The notes beneath the pieces are model-generated. The model worked only from the letters and a program-made list of their open reading frames with translations. It did not search any database and was not told the DNA's origin. 64,000 nucleotides of DNA, taken from assembly GCF_009914755.1 (NCBI RefSeq), contig NC_060925.1. One strand, written 5' to 3'. Both the position numbers and the translations under genes were made by a program. Source of the DNA: the human T2T-CHM13v2.0 reference genome, Homo sapiens. This document shows, in pieces, positions 1 through 47,715 of the stretch; position 1 is the first letter of the stretch, and the number at the start of each line of letters is the position of its first letter.

Positions 1-1760
<1,760 letters not shown>

Positions 1761-1920
1761 TAGATAATAGATTAGTCTGTCTCTCTAAAAAAAAATTAAA
1801 GGAACCACAACAAGCAAGTTAATAAATTAGATGGCCACCTTTAAATGAAAGGATAGAATAGAAAACACGTGCATCACACATAGTAAAGGTAAGTATTATA
1901 TTATGAAGCATTTGCTTTAG

Positions 1921-3708
<1,788 letters not shown>

Positions 3709-3838
3709 CAAGGGATTTTGAGTCTTGAAGATCCAGGTGTGATTCACAGTTGGGCCCTCCACTGACTGTGTAGCACTGAGCAAGTGACTGGTTGTCTGTA
3801 AGGCCTCGGTTACTTATCTGGGCAATGAAGATCAGGAG

Positions 3839-4340
3839 ATGTATCAGTTAGCTATTGCTTTGTAATGAACCAACCTTCAAAGTGGTGGTTTAAACAACCA
3901 TTTATTATTGTCTGAGTCTATGGTTTGGTGGGTGGTTCCGCTGACCTTAGTTGGCTTGGCAAGACTCACTCATGTATCTGCAGTCAGGTGGCTCTGCTCA
4001 TCTTGGCTGTCTCGCCTGTGTAAGGGCCTGACCAAGGGCAAATGGGCTGAGCAGGCTTTTCTCCACATGGCTTCTAGTCCTCCAGCAGGCTAGCTTGGGC
4101 TTTTTCTTATGGCAGTGGCAGGGTTCCAGGAGAGAGAGACAAAACAGTTCTCTTACAGCCTGGGCTAAGAAGTAGCACAAAATTCCTTCCACTACTTTCC
4201 ATTGGTTAAAGCAAGTCACAAAGATTTACATGGGTAGGGAAATAGACTCTTCTCCTGGGGAGAGGAGTTGCAAAATCACTTTGCAGAGAGCACAGATACA
4301 AGGGGTCCTGGATTATTGGGGTCATTTATGTAATCAACTT
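3839..4340. mobile_element. MaLR LTR (MLT1-like)
   Basis: tgtatcagttagctattgct...tttaaacaaccatttatt start typical of MLT1. Confidence 0.65.
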
Positions 4341-4504
4341 AGCAGAGGAGACAAACTCTCCCCAAACTCAGAGGAGGGTGTAGAGGTTGGTAGGGGGCCC
4401 AGATATCTGCATTCAAAGTCCTGACAGTGCTTTGTAAATTGTCAGCACCCTAGGCAGTGCTTCTGAGTGTGGAATCCTCCCTCCTATGTGGGGCTGTGAG
4501 TTCC

Positions 4505-5217
<713 letters not shown>

Positions 5218-5769
5218 GTTCCTTAGAGCTGGACTGCATCCTCCCCTTTAGTAGGCCCCTGGGAAAGGCTCACAGAAGAGAAAGGAAATGAAGAAGCAGA
5301 GCATTTACTGCTCCCATCCCTGGAACAAAGACAGACTTCACACCCTCTGGAATCTGAGAAGCTCCCTTCCCTTCTTCTCTCCCTTGGACAGCCCTGCCCC
5401 CACCTCAGAGGGTGCCAGGGAAGGTATTACCTGTCTTCCCACTCAACAGCTGAAGACACATAAGAATAACTTACCATCACCAGCTGACTGCGGATGCTGA
5501 CAGGGAAACTTACCAGGGTCTGCTAGAGGGGCTGTGGGCAGGAGTAACTCTTGCATGAATGACCTGACAGCAGATTATGGCTCACAGAATGGTGTGGTGT
5601 TACCTTCTGGATAACACAGGTGGAGCCCTGGAAACCCACCCCCATTGGATCTTTGCATCCACCTGCTCTTCTAGTCCATGACCTTAGCTTCCAGCTTGCC
5701 TCTCCCAACCCTCCTCCATACTGCCTTCTCAAAATACTGGTTGGATTGCATACATCTCTGCTTAAAATA

Positions 5770-6300
5770 AAGTGAGCTAATATTTATTGAACACTTACAG
5801 TGGATGAGGTGCTGTTCCAAGCTCTTTGCTTGGATTAACTTGCTTAATGTTCACATCAATTGTGTGAGATAGTCACCAGTGTTATCCCCATTTTACAGAT
5901 AAGGAAACTGAGGCACAAGAGGTTAAAGAGGCTTACTCCAGGTTACACAGTAAGTGGCAGAGTTAGGATTTGAACTCAGGCAGTCTGGTTCCTGAGCTTG
6001 GGATTCTCAGCCCATAAAACCCCTCTCTGTGGGCCTCTATTTTTCTAATAATAAGTAATAACAACAGCAATAATAATAATGATTAACATGCATGGATTTT
6101 TTACTATACATATGCTAGGCCCTGTTCTGGTTGTGTTACATGCATTAACTCATTTGATTCATATAATAGTACCAGAGTATTTGCTGTGGGGGGATACTAT
6201 TATTACCATTATTTGACAGGTAAGGAAATGGGGACACAGAGAGTCACACAACAAGGATGGGTTACTAGCTAGTTCTACTCTACAGCCAAGCTCTAAAACA
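5770..6300. repeat. MIR elements
   Basis: ccccattttacagataaggaaactgaggcac...ggatttgaactcaggcagtctgg. Confidence 0.75.
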
Positions 6301-7819
6301 CTTGCTCTGAATCATGTGCCATCTTGCTTCCCCCAAAGACTCTCCCCAACACAGTCCAAGGGCCCAGAATCCAAGGCCCTCTGGGTTATGCAGCACGATC
6401 TCTGCATTTCCACCAAAGCCTGTCTTGGTCTATGCAATCTTTTTTCTTCCCATTCAGGCCAGATTTTTGGTCTACTATTCGTTTAAGTTTCCCTAGAGCA
6501 CAGCATATAGTAGCAGGTGTCAGTGGATGTCTGTTGAATTGAATCACTGGATGTCAGAAGGGTTTCTGGATCCTCTCTCACAGGAACAAAGTGGCCACTC
6601 ACTGTGACTTGAACATTAGAGTCAGTCCAGGACTTGCTGCACTGGCCTCCAAACCCACTCCTAACCCCTAGACCCTTTTTGTAAATTAAGTTATATTTAA
6701 TATGCGCCCAGGGAGCTTTCTGTTTAGAGAAGCCATCATTTCAGCAAACACAAGTGAATGCTTTGCAACTGGAGTCCCTAAAGTAGCAAATCTTGGCCCT
6801 ACTCACAACAGGTTACAAACTTGGTGATTAAGCCTCAGGAATGACCAGTGTTTCCCTAGGACTATATATTATTTTCCCTTTGAGAAGGAGAGAGGGTCTG
6901 GAAAAATGCTTCTCATTTTGCAAAAGGAAGAATTGAGTTACCCAAGGTCATCCAACAAATGAATGGTGAGTTGAGGGCTAGAATCCTATTCTTTTACTCA
7001 GGAAATGGGGTGAGGTGACCTCATAAGAATCACTTCAGATTGCTGTTTCTGTCATCAGCACCTGTCAGCTCCCTTTTTCTAGGGAAACTGAGGTCTAGGA
7101 CTTGAAACTTGTAAAGGGTTATCAGTGCTGAGTAGGAACAGAGGCACTCAATCCTCACTGAAGACAGAAACGCGAGGATTTGGGACCTTGCTTAACATAC
7201 TCAAGAGCCTGACTCAAGGCCCTCAGGCTGGGATTCTTCCATTACCAACCAAGTCTTTCCATAGGTGGGCCTTTCACTCCATTCATAATCATTTATGGAG
7301 GGCCTACTAAGTGCCAGGCAGTGTTGCTAACCATCTTGCAAAGTAGGCATCATAACCAGCCCCCTTAGAAAAGTAAAGGCACAGATTCAGAGACGTAAAA
7401 ACAACCAGGATCCGGGACTGCACCTCCACCCGGGAGCCCCTCCCCATGTTTCAGGAGACAGTGTTTCCCCGCACAAAGCACTTACCTGTGCCCCATCATA
7501 CTTTAAGTAAAAAAGTCGTTGGGACAAATAGGGCCACTATGCAATGAAAAAAGCTACACGTCAACCCAAAGATACACACATTCTAAACTTTTACGACCCA
7601 TTCCCAGGGGCAGTAATGGTGGTGCTGACGGATAGGGAAGAGCTCTGGCTTCCGGCTTCCCAGTGGAATCCCCATCCACTCAGCCACCTGTGTGACCCAC
7701 AAAAGTTACTTTTATTTTTTAAATACTTAATTTATAAACATCAGTTCTATGGGACACAAGTTATTTAATGCCATTTGTCTTCAGTTACTTCATCAGTAAT
7801 ATGAGCATAAAAATGCTTC

Positions 7820-8130
<311 letters not shown>

Positions 8131-8558
8131 TAAAGTTGTTGGGAGAACAACTGAGATAAAGCACGTAAAGTTCTGTGAGAGAGGCCAGGACAGCAGTAGG
8201 GAACCTGTGTGTGTGTGTCTGTATCCGTGTAATTCATCCCCCTCTGAAGCGGACCAGGTCCCCAGACTCCCCCTGGTCTGGCATTCCTTCTGCTTCTTGG
8301 ATGTAAAATCCAGAAGTACCCAGGACTGGGACAGGGTGACCCTGGGGAGGCCAGTCTGCAGGAAGTGGCTGAGCCAAAGGACAAATAATGGGTGGATTGG
8401 GCCATGAAGAAGAGCCCAGGGTGAGAGACCCGGTGTCCCGGGTTTGGGAAAGAGGAGGGGCAGGGGGTGGACGCCCCAGAGACTCTTCCAGTGTTTGTCC
8501 TGGGCTGGCGCACCGGAAGCCCCATGCTGGGGAGAGGTGGGCACCCTGTGGTGCATGA

Positions 8559-8967
<409 letters not shown>

Positions 8968-8974
8968 AGGCTGG

Positions 8975-9469
8975 TGTTATAAATAAAGTTTTGGTGCCAC
9001 AAAAGAAATAGCACTCAAATATAAAATTTTCTTTTTTTTTCTTCTCAGCAAGGCAATTTACCTCTATAGAAGGGTGTGCCCTCACAGATGGAGCAATGGT
9101 GAGTGCACGGCTGGACAAGGGAGGGGAAGGGGTTCTTATTCCTGATGCATGTGGCCTCTGCTGCTGTGTCGTTCACCTATTGGCTAGGGTTAGACTGCAC
9201 AGGCTAAACTAATTCCGATTGGCTAATTTAACGAGAGTGATGGGGTGAGTGGTTTGGCGGGAAAAATGGTTATGGCAGAGCAGGAGATCGGAATGGGTCA
9301 GGGTGGAGAATGAGTCAGGGCAGAGCAGGTAATTGGAATGAGTCAGGGTGGAGTAGGTAATCAAAAAAGGTTGCTTTACAAGGAAGTTAAGTTTAAAAGT
9401 AGAAGGCAAAGAATTGAACATACTGACATAGTGATTCTTTGAAGAGAAATTTAGAACTCACATCTAGTA
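8975..9469 (-). mobile_element. 3' LTR (LTR10F-like)
   Basis: Collinear with 18717-19187; preceded by the PPT; internal tandem units carry TGAGTCA. Confidence 0.85.
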
Positions 9470-11629
9470 ATCCCTCCTCTTGAATTTCCTTGCAGCTCTT
9501 TCTCTTCAAACTTCTTTAACATGTCTTGGCTTAGTTGTTCTGCTTGATTTTCCAAAAGAAGAAGCTTCTCTGGATAAGGTGGAGGATAGTTAAGGGAGGT
9601 TTTAGTAAGTGCTGTTTTTATGAGCCTCTGCACCAACCCATGGATGGATGTATGACACAGCACCTGATAAGAATAAGTACACCCATTACGGCTGTGAGGG
9701 AAGTTAGAATTGAGGCTATTATTCCTTTCCATTTACCAAACCACTTTTTAGCCATGCTGTAAAGGGATCATTTACCCCTGAGTTGTTGGCTAACTATTGG
9801 ACAGAGCAGTCAGACCTTGCAATGTCTTTGTTACAGATAGACAGACTAAACTTTTCTTAGCTTTAATTTGGTAGGGCTTGATCCAGGAACAATGGCCCAT
9901 GATTCTGATGATAATGGCACTTGCTTGACTCAGGTGTGATGTGTCCATCCCTTTCCGCTGTATCAAAAGCAGTCTTGGTGGTTAGCAGCACAAAGTAGAG
10001 TCCTTCCCAGGCTGGCTTGAGTTTCCCTTCTTTCCACCCTTTGACGAGAACATGATCCCCAGGCTGATGCTGATGTCCTGGCAACTCCAAAGGTGGCCCC
10101 TGTGCTAAAAGACCTCTTGTTTTAAGGGAAGAGAAGGTGGAGGATAAACCAAGTGTATAATTCCTAAGAAATTGATCTTTTGGTTAAAATGTGGGGACAT
10201 CAGCAGTGGACTTCATAGTCCTTGGTGCCTTCTTGCTGAGAAATTTTCTTTAGCACCTATTTTTATTAGTTTTTAGACCAAAGAAAGCCAAATACCATTT
10301 TATATTTAACAATGCTTCCTGTATCATTTTTATACCAGATAAACTAAATTTCACCTTTATATTAGTGTGTTATTAATGTTAAATTGAATTTTAATAAAAT
10401 CTTGTAGACATATTTATCTAATTTTAATGTCTGACCATAAGGTAAGATTTTTATAGATTGTTTTCAATCTTTTATAATTTTTGTTAAAGAGCAGGTTAGT
10501 GCTTTAAGAAAAACCTGTTGTGTTTTATTTCAATGTCAAGTTCACAGAAAAACTGGATGATACCCATTTAACTTTAGCCAATGTTTACACACAGAATTTC
10601 CTTTATAATTGTTTTCAAAACTTGCTTAAACCTTTAAAACAATTTTTTAACCTTTTAATGTAGATAAAAATCCACATTCTTATGCTTCCTTATAACCTTT
10701 TACCAAGGTATAATTTACTTTCCTTACACACCTTGCACATAAACTGTTTCTTCAATAGTTTTACATTCAGGAGGCCTCATTACTTTTAAATTATACAACA
10801 TTTCTTGCATAAATTCCCTTTTATAACTTTTTTTCCATGACTTTTACAGACAATTCTTCGACATGCCTCAACTTTCTGACTTGTTGCAAACATCCCTTTA
10901 TTTAAACAGCCAGTTAATTTATTTTAGGACATGAATTTACCATATAACATTCTTTTTACATAAATTCTACCCGCCCCCCCCACATTTTTTTTTTCAGTTG
11001 CAAGATTTAATAGAGTGAAAACAGAGCTCCCATACAAAGGGAGGGGACCCAAAGAGGGTAGACATTGCTGACTCGAATGCCTGGGTTTATATCCCAATCA
11101 TTGTCCCTCCCGCGTGCTCTCAGGCGATAGATTTTTTGCTATTTCTTTACCTCCTGTTTTTGCCTAATTAGCATTTTAGTGAGCTCTCTTTACTACCTGA
11201 TTGGTCGGGTGTGAGCTAAGTTGCAAACCCCGTGTTTAAAAGTGGATGTGATCACCTTCCCAGCTAGGCTTAGGGATTCTTAGTTGGCCTAGGAAATCCA
11301 GCTAGTTCTGTCTCTCAGTAACCCCCTCAACAGGAAAACCCAAGTGCTGTTGGGGAGGTTGGCCGACGACTGCTCTAACTGCTTCCTGCTGAATTGGGGT
11401 GAGTAGGGGTCGTGCAGATGAGATTTACTTGGGAGGGGTGCCTTTGATGTCATCAACATTGGAGCGTGGGCTAGCAGGCTGGTCCAGGGGTCCACAGTAG
11501 ATCTTAGTCATGGGCTGCATCTGGGGCTCCATTTGAAGAACAATTTGTAGTTTTACAGCTTTGATTCTGGAAGAGACAAACTTAACGAGGAGGTTAAAGA
11601 TGCGGGGATTGAAATATATGGCCTGCAGT

Positions 11630-14200
11630 ATAGGGGATTATTTCTTTGGCACACTTTACAGGCCCTGAATATCTGCTTGATAGTTTTAAAAAGGCCTGGT
11701 CCAGTAAATAATAATTTGGCCACCTGATGGGTGCTATCAATGCCTAAGTGAAAGGTTTGGCGAAGGGTTTTAAGTAGTTTTCATTGGTTAGCTGCAGGCA
11801 AAAGTATTTTTCCTTTGTTGGCTAGCCATCCTGAGGGGGGGAAACTATGTCCTTGTAAGGTTCCCTATTCTATTTCTCCTGTTGAGTACTGGGGCTTGGT
11901 TTCCCAGAGGGGATTACCCCATACTAGGGGTCCTTCTATAAGCATTTTTAATGGAGGGTCCTGCCTTGTGGCTCTTTTGGCTTCAATATTCGCTTGGCGG
12001 TTCCCTTCTATTTCCCTTTCCTTTCCTTTCTGATGACCCCAGCAGTGTAAGACTGCCACCTCTTTAGGTTTCTGTACAGCCGATAATAATCTCCTGATGG
12101 CTTCCTGATGTTTGATAGATGTTCCCTCAGAAGTTAGGTATTCCCTTTCTCTCCATATTGCTGCATGGGCATGGAGGACTAGGTAAGCATACTTAGAGTC
12201 TGTATATATGTTTACCCTTTTTTCTTTTTCTAATTTTAGTGCCCGAGTAAGGGCTATTAGTTTTGCCAGCTGAGCGCTAGTTCCTGGAGTGAGGGGATTA
12301 TTTTCAAGTATTCCATTATCACTGACCACTGCATACCCTGCTTTTCGAAGTCTTTTTTCTACAAAGGAACTTCCATCAATATACAAGTTGAGGTCAGGAT
12401 CAGTCAAAGGAACCTCTAGAAGGTTTCCTCGAGCGGCATAGGTTTGAGCAATCACCTGTTGACAGTTACGTTCTATCTTTTTTTCAATGTCTGGAAGAAA
12501 TGTGGCTGGGTTAAGAGTTGCCCAAGTGCACAGTTGCAGCACTGGCCCTTCAAGTAATAGACCCTGGTATTTAAGTAAATGGCTGTCTGACAGCCACAGG
12601 TCTCCTTTAGCAGTGAGTATGCTGTTCACATCATGAGATGTCCACACAGTAAGATCTCTTTCCTGTATTATTTTAACTGCTTCAGATACTAAGATTGCTA
12701 CTGCCACCATTACCCATAAACAATGAGGCCAACCCTTTGCCACTACATCAATTTCCTTACTCAGGTCTGCCACGGGTTGCAAGCTCGTTCCTTGGACCTG
12801 TGTAAGGACTCCTAGAGTTATTCCTGTTTTTTTCTGTGACATATAAAGAAAAGTCTTGCCCCGTTGGCAAGCTTAATACTGGGGCTTGGGTTAGGGCCTT
12901 CGTTAGGGCCTGGAAAGCCACTTCTGCTTTAGGTGTCCATCTTACTAAATGGGTATTGGCTTTCTGAGTTTCCTTAATTAGCGTATATAATGGCCTGGCT
13001 ATTTCGCCATACCTGGGAATCCATATTTGGCAGAAGCCTGTTATGCCAAGGAACCCTCTTAGTTGCTTTAGGGTTTTGGGATGAGGATAAGCCAGTATGG
13101 GCTGGATACATTCCTTACTGAGGGCCCTGGTGCCTTTGGATAATTTTAGCCCTAAGCATTTAACCTGTTGTGAGCAGAGCTGAGCCTTTTGTTTGGAAAC
13201 CTTGTAGCCACAGGTGGCGAGGAAATTCAAGAGCGCTTGGGTAGCTTGATGGCACAAGGTTTCTGAATGGGTGGCTAAAAGCAAATCATCCACATACTGA
13301 AGGACAAGAGTGTCAAGGTATGAGAACTGGCTCAAGTCTTGGGTTAACGCCTGGCCAAATAGATGGGAGCTATCCCGGAACCCTTGGGGTAAAACAGTCC
13401 AGGTGAGTTGAGACGTTGGGTTCGAAGGATCTTCAAAGGCAAACAAGAATTGAGAGTTAGGTTGTACAGAGATGCAGAAAAAGGCATCCTTAAGGTCCAG
13501 GACTGTAAACCACTCTGCTTCCTCTGGTATTTGGGAAAGCAGAGTATAAGGGTTAGGTACAGCTGAGTATAGAGGGACAATACCTCATTTATAATCCTGA
13601 GATCTTGCACTAGCCTCCACTGCCCGTTGGGTTTCTGTACTCCTAAAATTGGAGTACTACAGGGGCTATTGCATGGTTTTACTAGGCCTTGGGCTTTTAG
13701 GTCCTTAACAATCTTTTGGAGTCCTTGTTGGGCCTCAGGTCTAAGGGGATACTGCCTTTGGTAGGGAAAGGAGGCGGAATCCTTTAATTTAACTTGAATG
13801 GGACGGGCATTCTTCGCTCATCCATATCGTCCTTCTGTTGCCCAGACTTCAGGATTAATTTCTTCCTTAAGCAGGGGACAACAAACGGGTGTTCCTTTTC
13901 CTATGTTCAGGTGTATAATGGCCCCTGCTTTTGCTAGAATATCTCTTCCTAACAAGGATATGGGGCTTTCAGGCATAATTAGAAAAGCATGTGAAAAGAG
14001 TAAAGTTCCCCAGTCACAACTTAGTGGCTGGGAGAAGTATCTAGTGACTGGCTGTCCTAGGACCCCTTGGATAGTGATAGATCTGGAGGACAGTTGTCCG
14101 GGACAGGAGAGTAAGACTGAGAAGGCCACGCCAGTGTCCAGGAGACAGTTAACCTCCTGGCCCTTAATGGTCAAGCATACCTGGGGCTCTGTGAGGGTGA
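11630..14200 (-). pseudogene. HERV-W pro-pol remnant (protease, RT, RNase H, start of integrase)
   Basis: LLDTG protease motif; LPQGF and YVDDLLL RT motifs; YIDGSS and YTDSKYA RNase H motifs; split across frames. Confidence 0.92.
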
Positions 14201-14229
14201 TGGCATGGGTTGGTACTTGCCCCGGGCAC

Positions 14230-16004
<1,775 letters not shown>

Positions 16005-16298
16005 TGCTTTGGAGGTCCCTTCGTGGTCGCCAAATGTTACTGGGGGGTCCTTGCTCCCAGAGCTCCCAAGATGGTGGCGGGCCGCTTCCAAGATGGTGGC
16101 AAGCCTGGTGTTCTCTGACCTGGGGTTCTTGGCCTCACGAATTCCAAGGAATGGAATCTTGGGCCATGCGGTGAGTTTTATAGCTCTATTAGAAGCCGTG
16201 GGTCATGGAAGAGAACTGTGGAACCCAGTGACTAGTGTTCAGCTTGATTAGGATGAACCTGGGCACTTAGCCGTGCAGGAACAATGGCAAACCTTTAG

Positions 16299-16556
<258 letters not shown>

Positions 16557-17391
16557 TAACTTTTGTTGAAAACATTTTAAGTTTGGAATTTCAACTATTC
16601 TTTGCTATTAATAAGACCTCATTCAGTCCATATTAACTTAGAATTGGTATAGATGGGTCCTTCCTGATTCTGTAAGTGCTTTAAGGCTTGGCTGAGTGCA
16701 AACAGCTCTCACATTTGAACAGGCCAATTATTAGGCAATTTTCCTAACTCTGCTTCTACAAGAGTTTCCTTATCACTTACTGAATACCCATTGTGTCTTT
16801 TTCCCTCAATTACCCAGGAGGAACCATCTATCATCCTGTCCTGAAGGGAGTTCTTCCTAGGTCTGGTCGGACCTTTGTATGGTAATTAATTAAGATTTAG
16901 ATCCCATGTTAGGAAACCTGCTGGGTTAAGGGAATTTTCAGTGGTTAATATTAAATCATTTTTTTCTAACAGAACAGCCTCATACTTTAAGGTTCTTGAG
17001 TCAGTAAGCTACCTTTTTTTTTTTTTGACTTAGGATAGTTCTGACCTGATGAGGTGTGCTCACAATGAGGTTTCCTCTAAAAGTTGTTTTTCTACTTTCT
17101 TCTGTTAGCAAAGCAGTTGCTGCTACAGATTGAATGCATTTGGGCCATCTGCCGGTTACTGGGTTAAGGAGTTTTGATTAGGGAGGTTACGGGTTGTCAG
17201 TGGCCTCAGTGCTTTTGGGCTACATCCTTGTTTACACTGACAACAAGGTGGTATTGGAGTGTTATAGGGTCATGGAGAAGACCTTCAATTATCAATTACA
17301 GGTTTTGAATTTTATCCTGGCTTTTAAAGGAATAGGGTACACTGTTTTCTCTTTACTACTTCTATCTCTCTTTCTCTCTCTCTCTCTTTGA

Positions 17392-17724
<333 letters not shown>

Positions 17725-18716
17725 CTTCTGTCTTTCTGTCTCTTTCTCTCTCTGCCTCTCTTTCTCTCTCTTTGCCTCTCTCTTTCTCTCCAACTTCCTC
17801 TCCCAGTTTCTCTTTCCTCTCTGCTGGTCTTTCCCTGCCTCTGCCAGCTGCTTATGCTGCTGTTCTCCCCTCTCCTTCCCCTTCCCCTAGGGAAGGGACC
17901 GTCAGGAGTGCAGCTACTTTTTCTTCCCCGAGAAGAAAGGAAAGGGGAATTCTGAATATTTTTCTTACTACCGGAGGTTTGTGTGAGGTTTTTGATCCCC
18001 TGAAATTTGTGGAAGGCTCAACACCTCAAACCAGGGGGTATCTTGCCTTGCCTGACCTGGAAGGCTCAACCCCTCAAACCAGGGGGTGTTTTGCCTTGCT
18101 GCCCTGGAAGGCTCAATCCCTCAAACTAGGAGGTGTCTTGCCTTGCTTCCCTGGAAGGTTGACCTGTTTCCTCCCTTTCCCCCTCTGAAGGTCCTTTGCA
18201 CACTTCCCACTCGTGTTGTCCTCTCTGGCTGCTCCCCCAAGGGAGAATTAGGCCCCCCTCAGCATTGGCATTCCAGTAGAAATCCCACCGCAGGATCCTC
18301 CCTAAGCCATATGAGGTAGCTACGGAAACGTGGAGAGGACCCACTCACTCCGTCCAGCAGTAGGACTTGTCATCATCCACACGAACAACACCACAGGTAG
18401 GGTTGTTTGTGATCATTCACGCACACACACATTTAGCCCTCCAGAATTTGACCACCAAGGAAGTACCTTACCGGCTCCCTCGGCTTCTTCCTTTGTCTGT
18501 GCACAGAGTTGTCTCTGCAGTGTGTGAGGATGCTTTACCCTAGGTTGCCTGCTGGTTTCTTTTCACATTGCTGAGAGCTCAGGTTATTTCTTGCACTGGG
18601 TGAGTCCTGATTTCTCACCCCTGAGGCCATCACAAGAGGGTGGGGCATACCTCCTCAGGAGAGAGAACCAGAGACTGCCCCTGAAGGGGAATGTAATCAC
18701 GAGCAAGCCCCCAAAT

Positions 18717-19187
18717 TGTTATAAATAAAGTTTCCCCCCAGTGCCGCAAAAGAAATAGCACTCGAATATAAAATTTTCTTTTTTTTCTTCTCAGCAAGGC
18801 AATTTACTTCTATAGAAGGGTGCGCCCTCACAGACGGAGCAAAGGTGAGCGCACACCTGGACAAGGGAGGGGAAGGTGGTTCTTATGCCTGACCCACGTG
18901 ATTCCTGATGCTGTGTCCTTCCCCTGTTGGCTAGGGTTAGACCTATAGGCTAAACTAATTCCGATTGGCTAATTTAAAGACAGTGAGGGGGTGAGTGGTT
19001 TGGCGGGAAAAATGGTTACCGCAGAGCAGGAAATCGGAATGAACCACGGTGAAGAATGAGTGAGGGAGGAGCAGGTAATCGAAAAATGTTGCTTTATGAG
19101 GAAGTTAAGTTTAAAAGTAGAAGGCAAAGAATTGAAGATACTGACATATTGATTCTTTTAAGATAAATTTAGAACTCATATCTAACA
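18717..19187 (-). mobile_element. 5' LTR (LTR10F-like)
   Basis: Minus strand starts TGTTAGATATGAGTTCTAAATTT and ends ...TTTATAACA, followed by the PBS. Confidence 0.85.
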
Positions 19188-19561
19188 GCTGGCATGTCTG
19201 GCATGGGGCTCCGGCTGGGGCGCAGTCTTCAGCATTTGGGGCTCTGGGGTGCAGGGGGCAGAGGACGGCCGGGGCTGTGGTGCCCAACCGGTGCTAAACT
19301 CAAGCTTGGGAGGTCGCCCACGAGAAACAGTCGCCCTTCCCCACCCGCCTGCTCGGCTTGGCGGGGAGCGGGATGTCGCTGGGGGCGATGCCAGGCGGGC
19401 CGCCTCTGATAGCCTCTAGGCTCTGGCGCGCTTCCCCGCCCCTCCCGCGCAGGCGGGCGTGGGATCCCGGCTGATCCAGTCCGGGTTTTGCGGCGGAGCG
19501 GGCGGGCTGCGCGTGCGGCGGCTTCAACTGTCGCGGTAGGCAGCAGCAGGCTGAAGGGATC

Positions 19562-38789
<19,228 letters not shown>

Positions 38790-39060
38790 TGGCTCTGGCT
38801 CCAGAGGACCTGAGACTCACACTCTCTGCAGCCCAGCCTAGTCAGGGCACAGCTGCCCTGCTGCCACAGCAAGGAAATGTCCTGCATGGGGCAGAGGCTT
38901 CCGTGTCCTCTCCCCCAACCCCCTGCAAGAAGCGCCGACTCCCTGAGTCTGGACCTCCATCCCTGCTCTGGTCCCCTCTCTTCGTCCTGATCCCTCCACC
39001 CCCATGTGGCAGCCCATGGGTATGACATAGGCCAAGGCCCAACTAACAGTCAAGAAACAG
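38790..39060 (+). other. FAAH: FAAH 3' UTR (end approximate; no canonical AATAAA)
   Basis: Follows the stop codon. An A-rich patch aactaacagtcaagaaac (39041-39058) is followed by GU-rich ctgtgtggtttctg. End placed from recollection of the mRNA, not from a signal. Confidence 0.6.
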
Positions 39061-40219
39061 CTCCTCGTCTGTGTGGTTTCTGGGCGTCATCGTGAGGGTG
39101 GGGTTTGGAGCCTGTTGAGAGCAGGGCTGGCTTGACTGTGCATACCCAGGCTCCAGCCATGCCAGTCTCCTGCTCCACAACCTCCCCTGGTGCCCATCAC
39201 CCACAGGAGGGGTGCAGGCTTGTATCCCCCAGCACTTCGGCCGTGCCCCTCCTCTCTCACCTACACTAAGCCCTGCTCTGCTGGACACTGCCCTTGGTCT
39301 CCTTCCTTCTTCTGCTTCTTTCCCTGCCTAGAAAGCTCTTTCTGTTCCTCTGCTTTCTATCCTTTGAGACCTGACTCAGATCCTTCTCTCTCCAGGACAC
39401 CTTTCCTCCTCCCTCTGGGCCCTGGAGTATATGGGCTATTTCTTCCCAGTCTGCCCTGTGTGGTGGGCATTGGTGGGTGTGTCTGCCTGCCTTAGCACAC
39501 TGGCTTTCCTTGACGGCAGGGAACCCATTGCCACATCTCTGTCTTCTGTGGCCAGCACGGCAGCAGGGGAAGCACTGAGTTGGGTTGCAGAGAGTCCGAA
39601 GTGCTGGCCCTGAGCTGCTGCTGTTTGGGAGAGGAGCCCATGGGCCTGGGGAGGCCGGCATGAGACAAGGTGACCTGGTAGAGTGTGCTCTCAGGGCTGG
39701 CCAAGGCCTGGATTGCCCTGGGAAGGTTTCCTGAAGGAGGTGGACGTGTGTTGAGTCTAGAAGTTTTCCAGAGACTGAGCTAGGGGTTGAGGACATCTCA
39801 GAGAGAAGGGACAGTATGCCCAAAGATCAGGGTGGGTTTGCTAAATGGCAGGCATGTTGAATGGGCACAGGGGAAGCAGAGATATAGGTGAGGACAGATC
39901 AAGGTGGACTTGGGCAGCCAGGTCAGGAACTTGAGTTCTGTCTCAAGGACAGTGGGACTCTGGAAAGATCATAGCTCGGCCTGAGGACTAGACTCGTGGG
40001 GCAAAACCTGTAGAAGGGTAAAGAAGCTGCTCCATGATCCCTAATTTGGGGAGAGGGGCCTAAAGCCTGAACCTTGGCCCAGGGGTAAAGAGGGGCCCTT
40101 TGGGAATTGACAGGATGGAGGTGAGCTGTCTCAGCTCGTCTGCTATCCACCTCTTACTGGACTATGTCACCTGGCTGGTAGAAAGGTGGCATCTGTAGCC
40201 GACCCTAGGAGTTTCCTTC

Positions 40220-47715
<7,496 letters not shown>

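Noticed and set aside
11865-13446. Long ORFs of 325 aa and 229 aa with RT and RNase H motifs
   Set aside because: Frameshifted fragments of a HERV-W processed pseudogene lacking the U3 promoter and most of integrase; not an intact gene or a novel RT system
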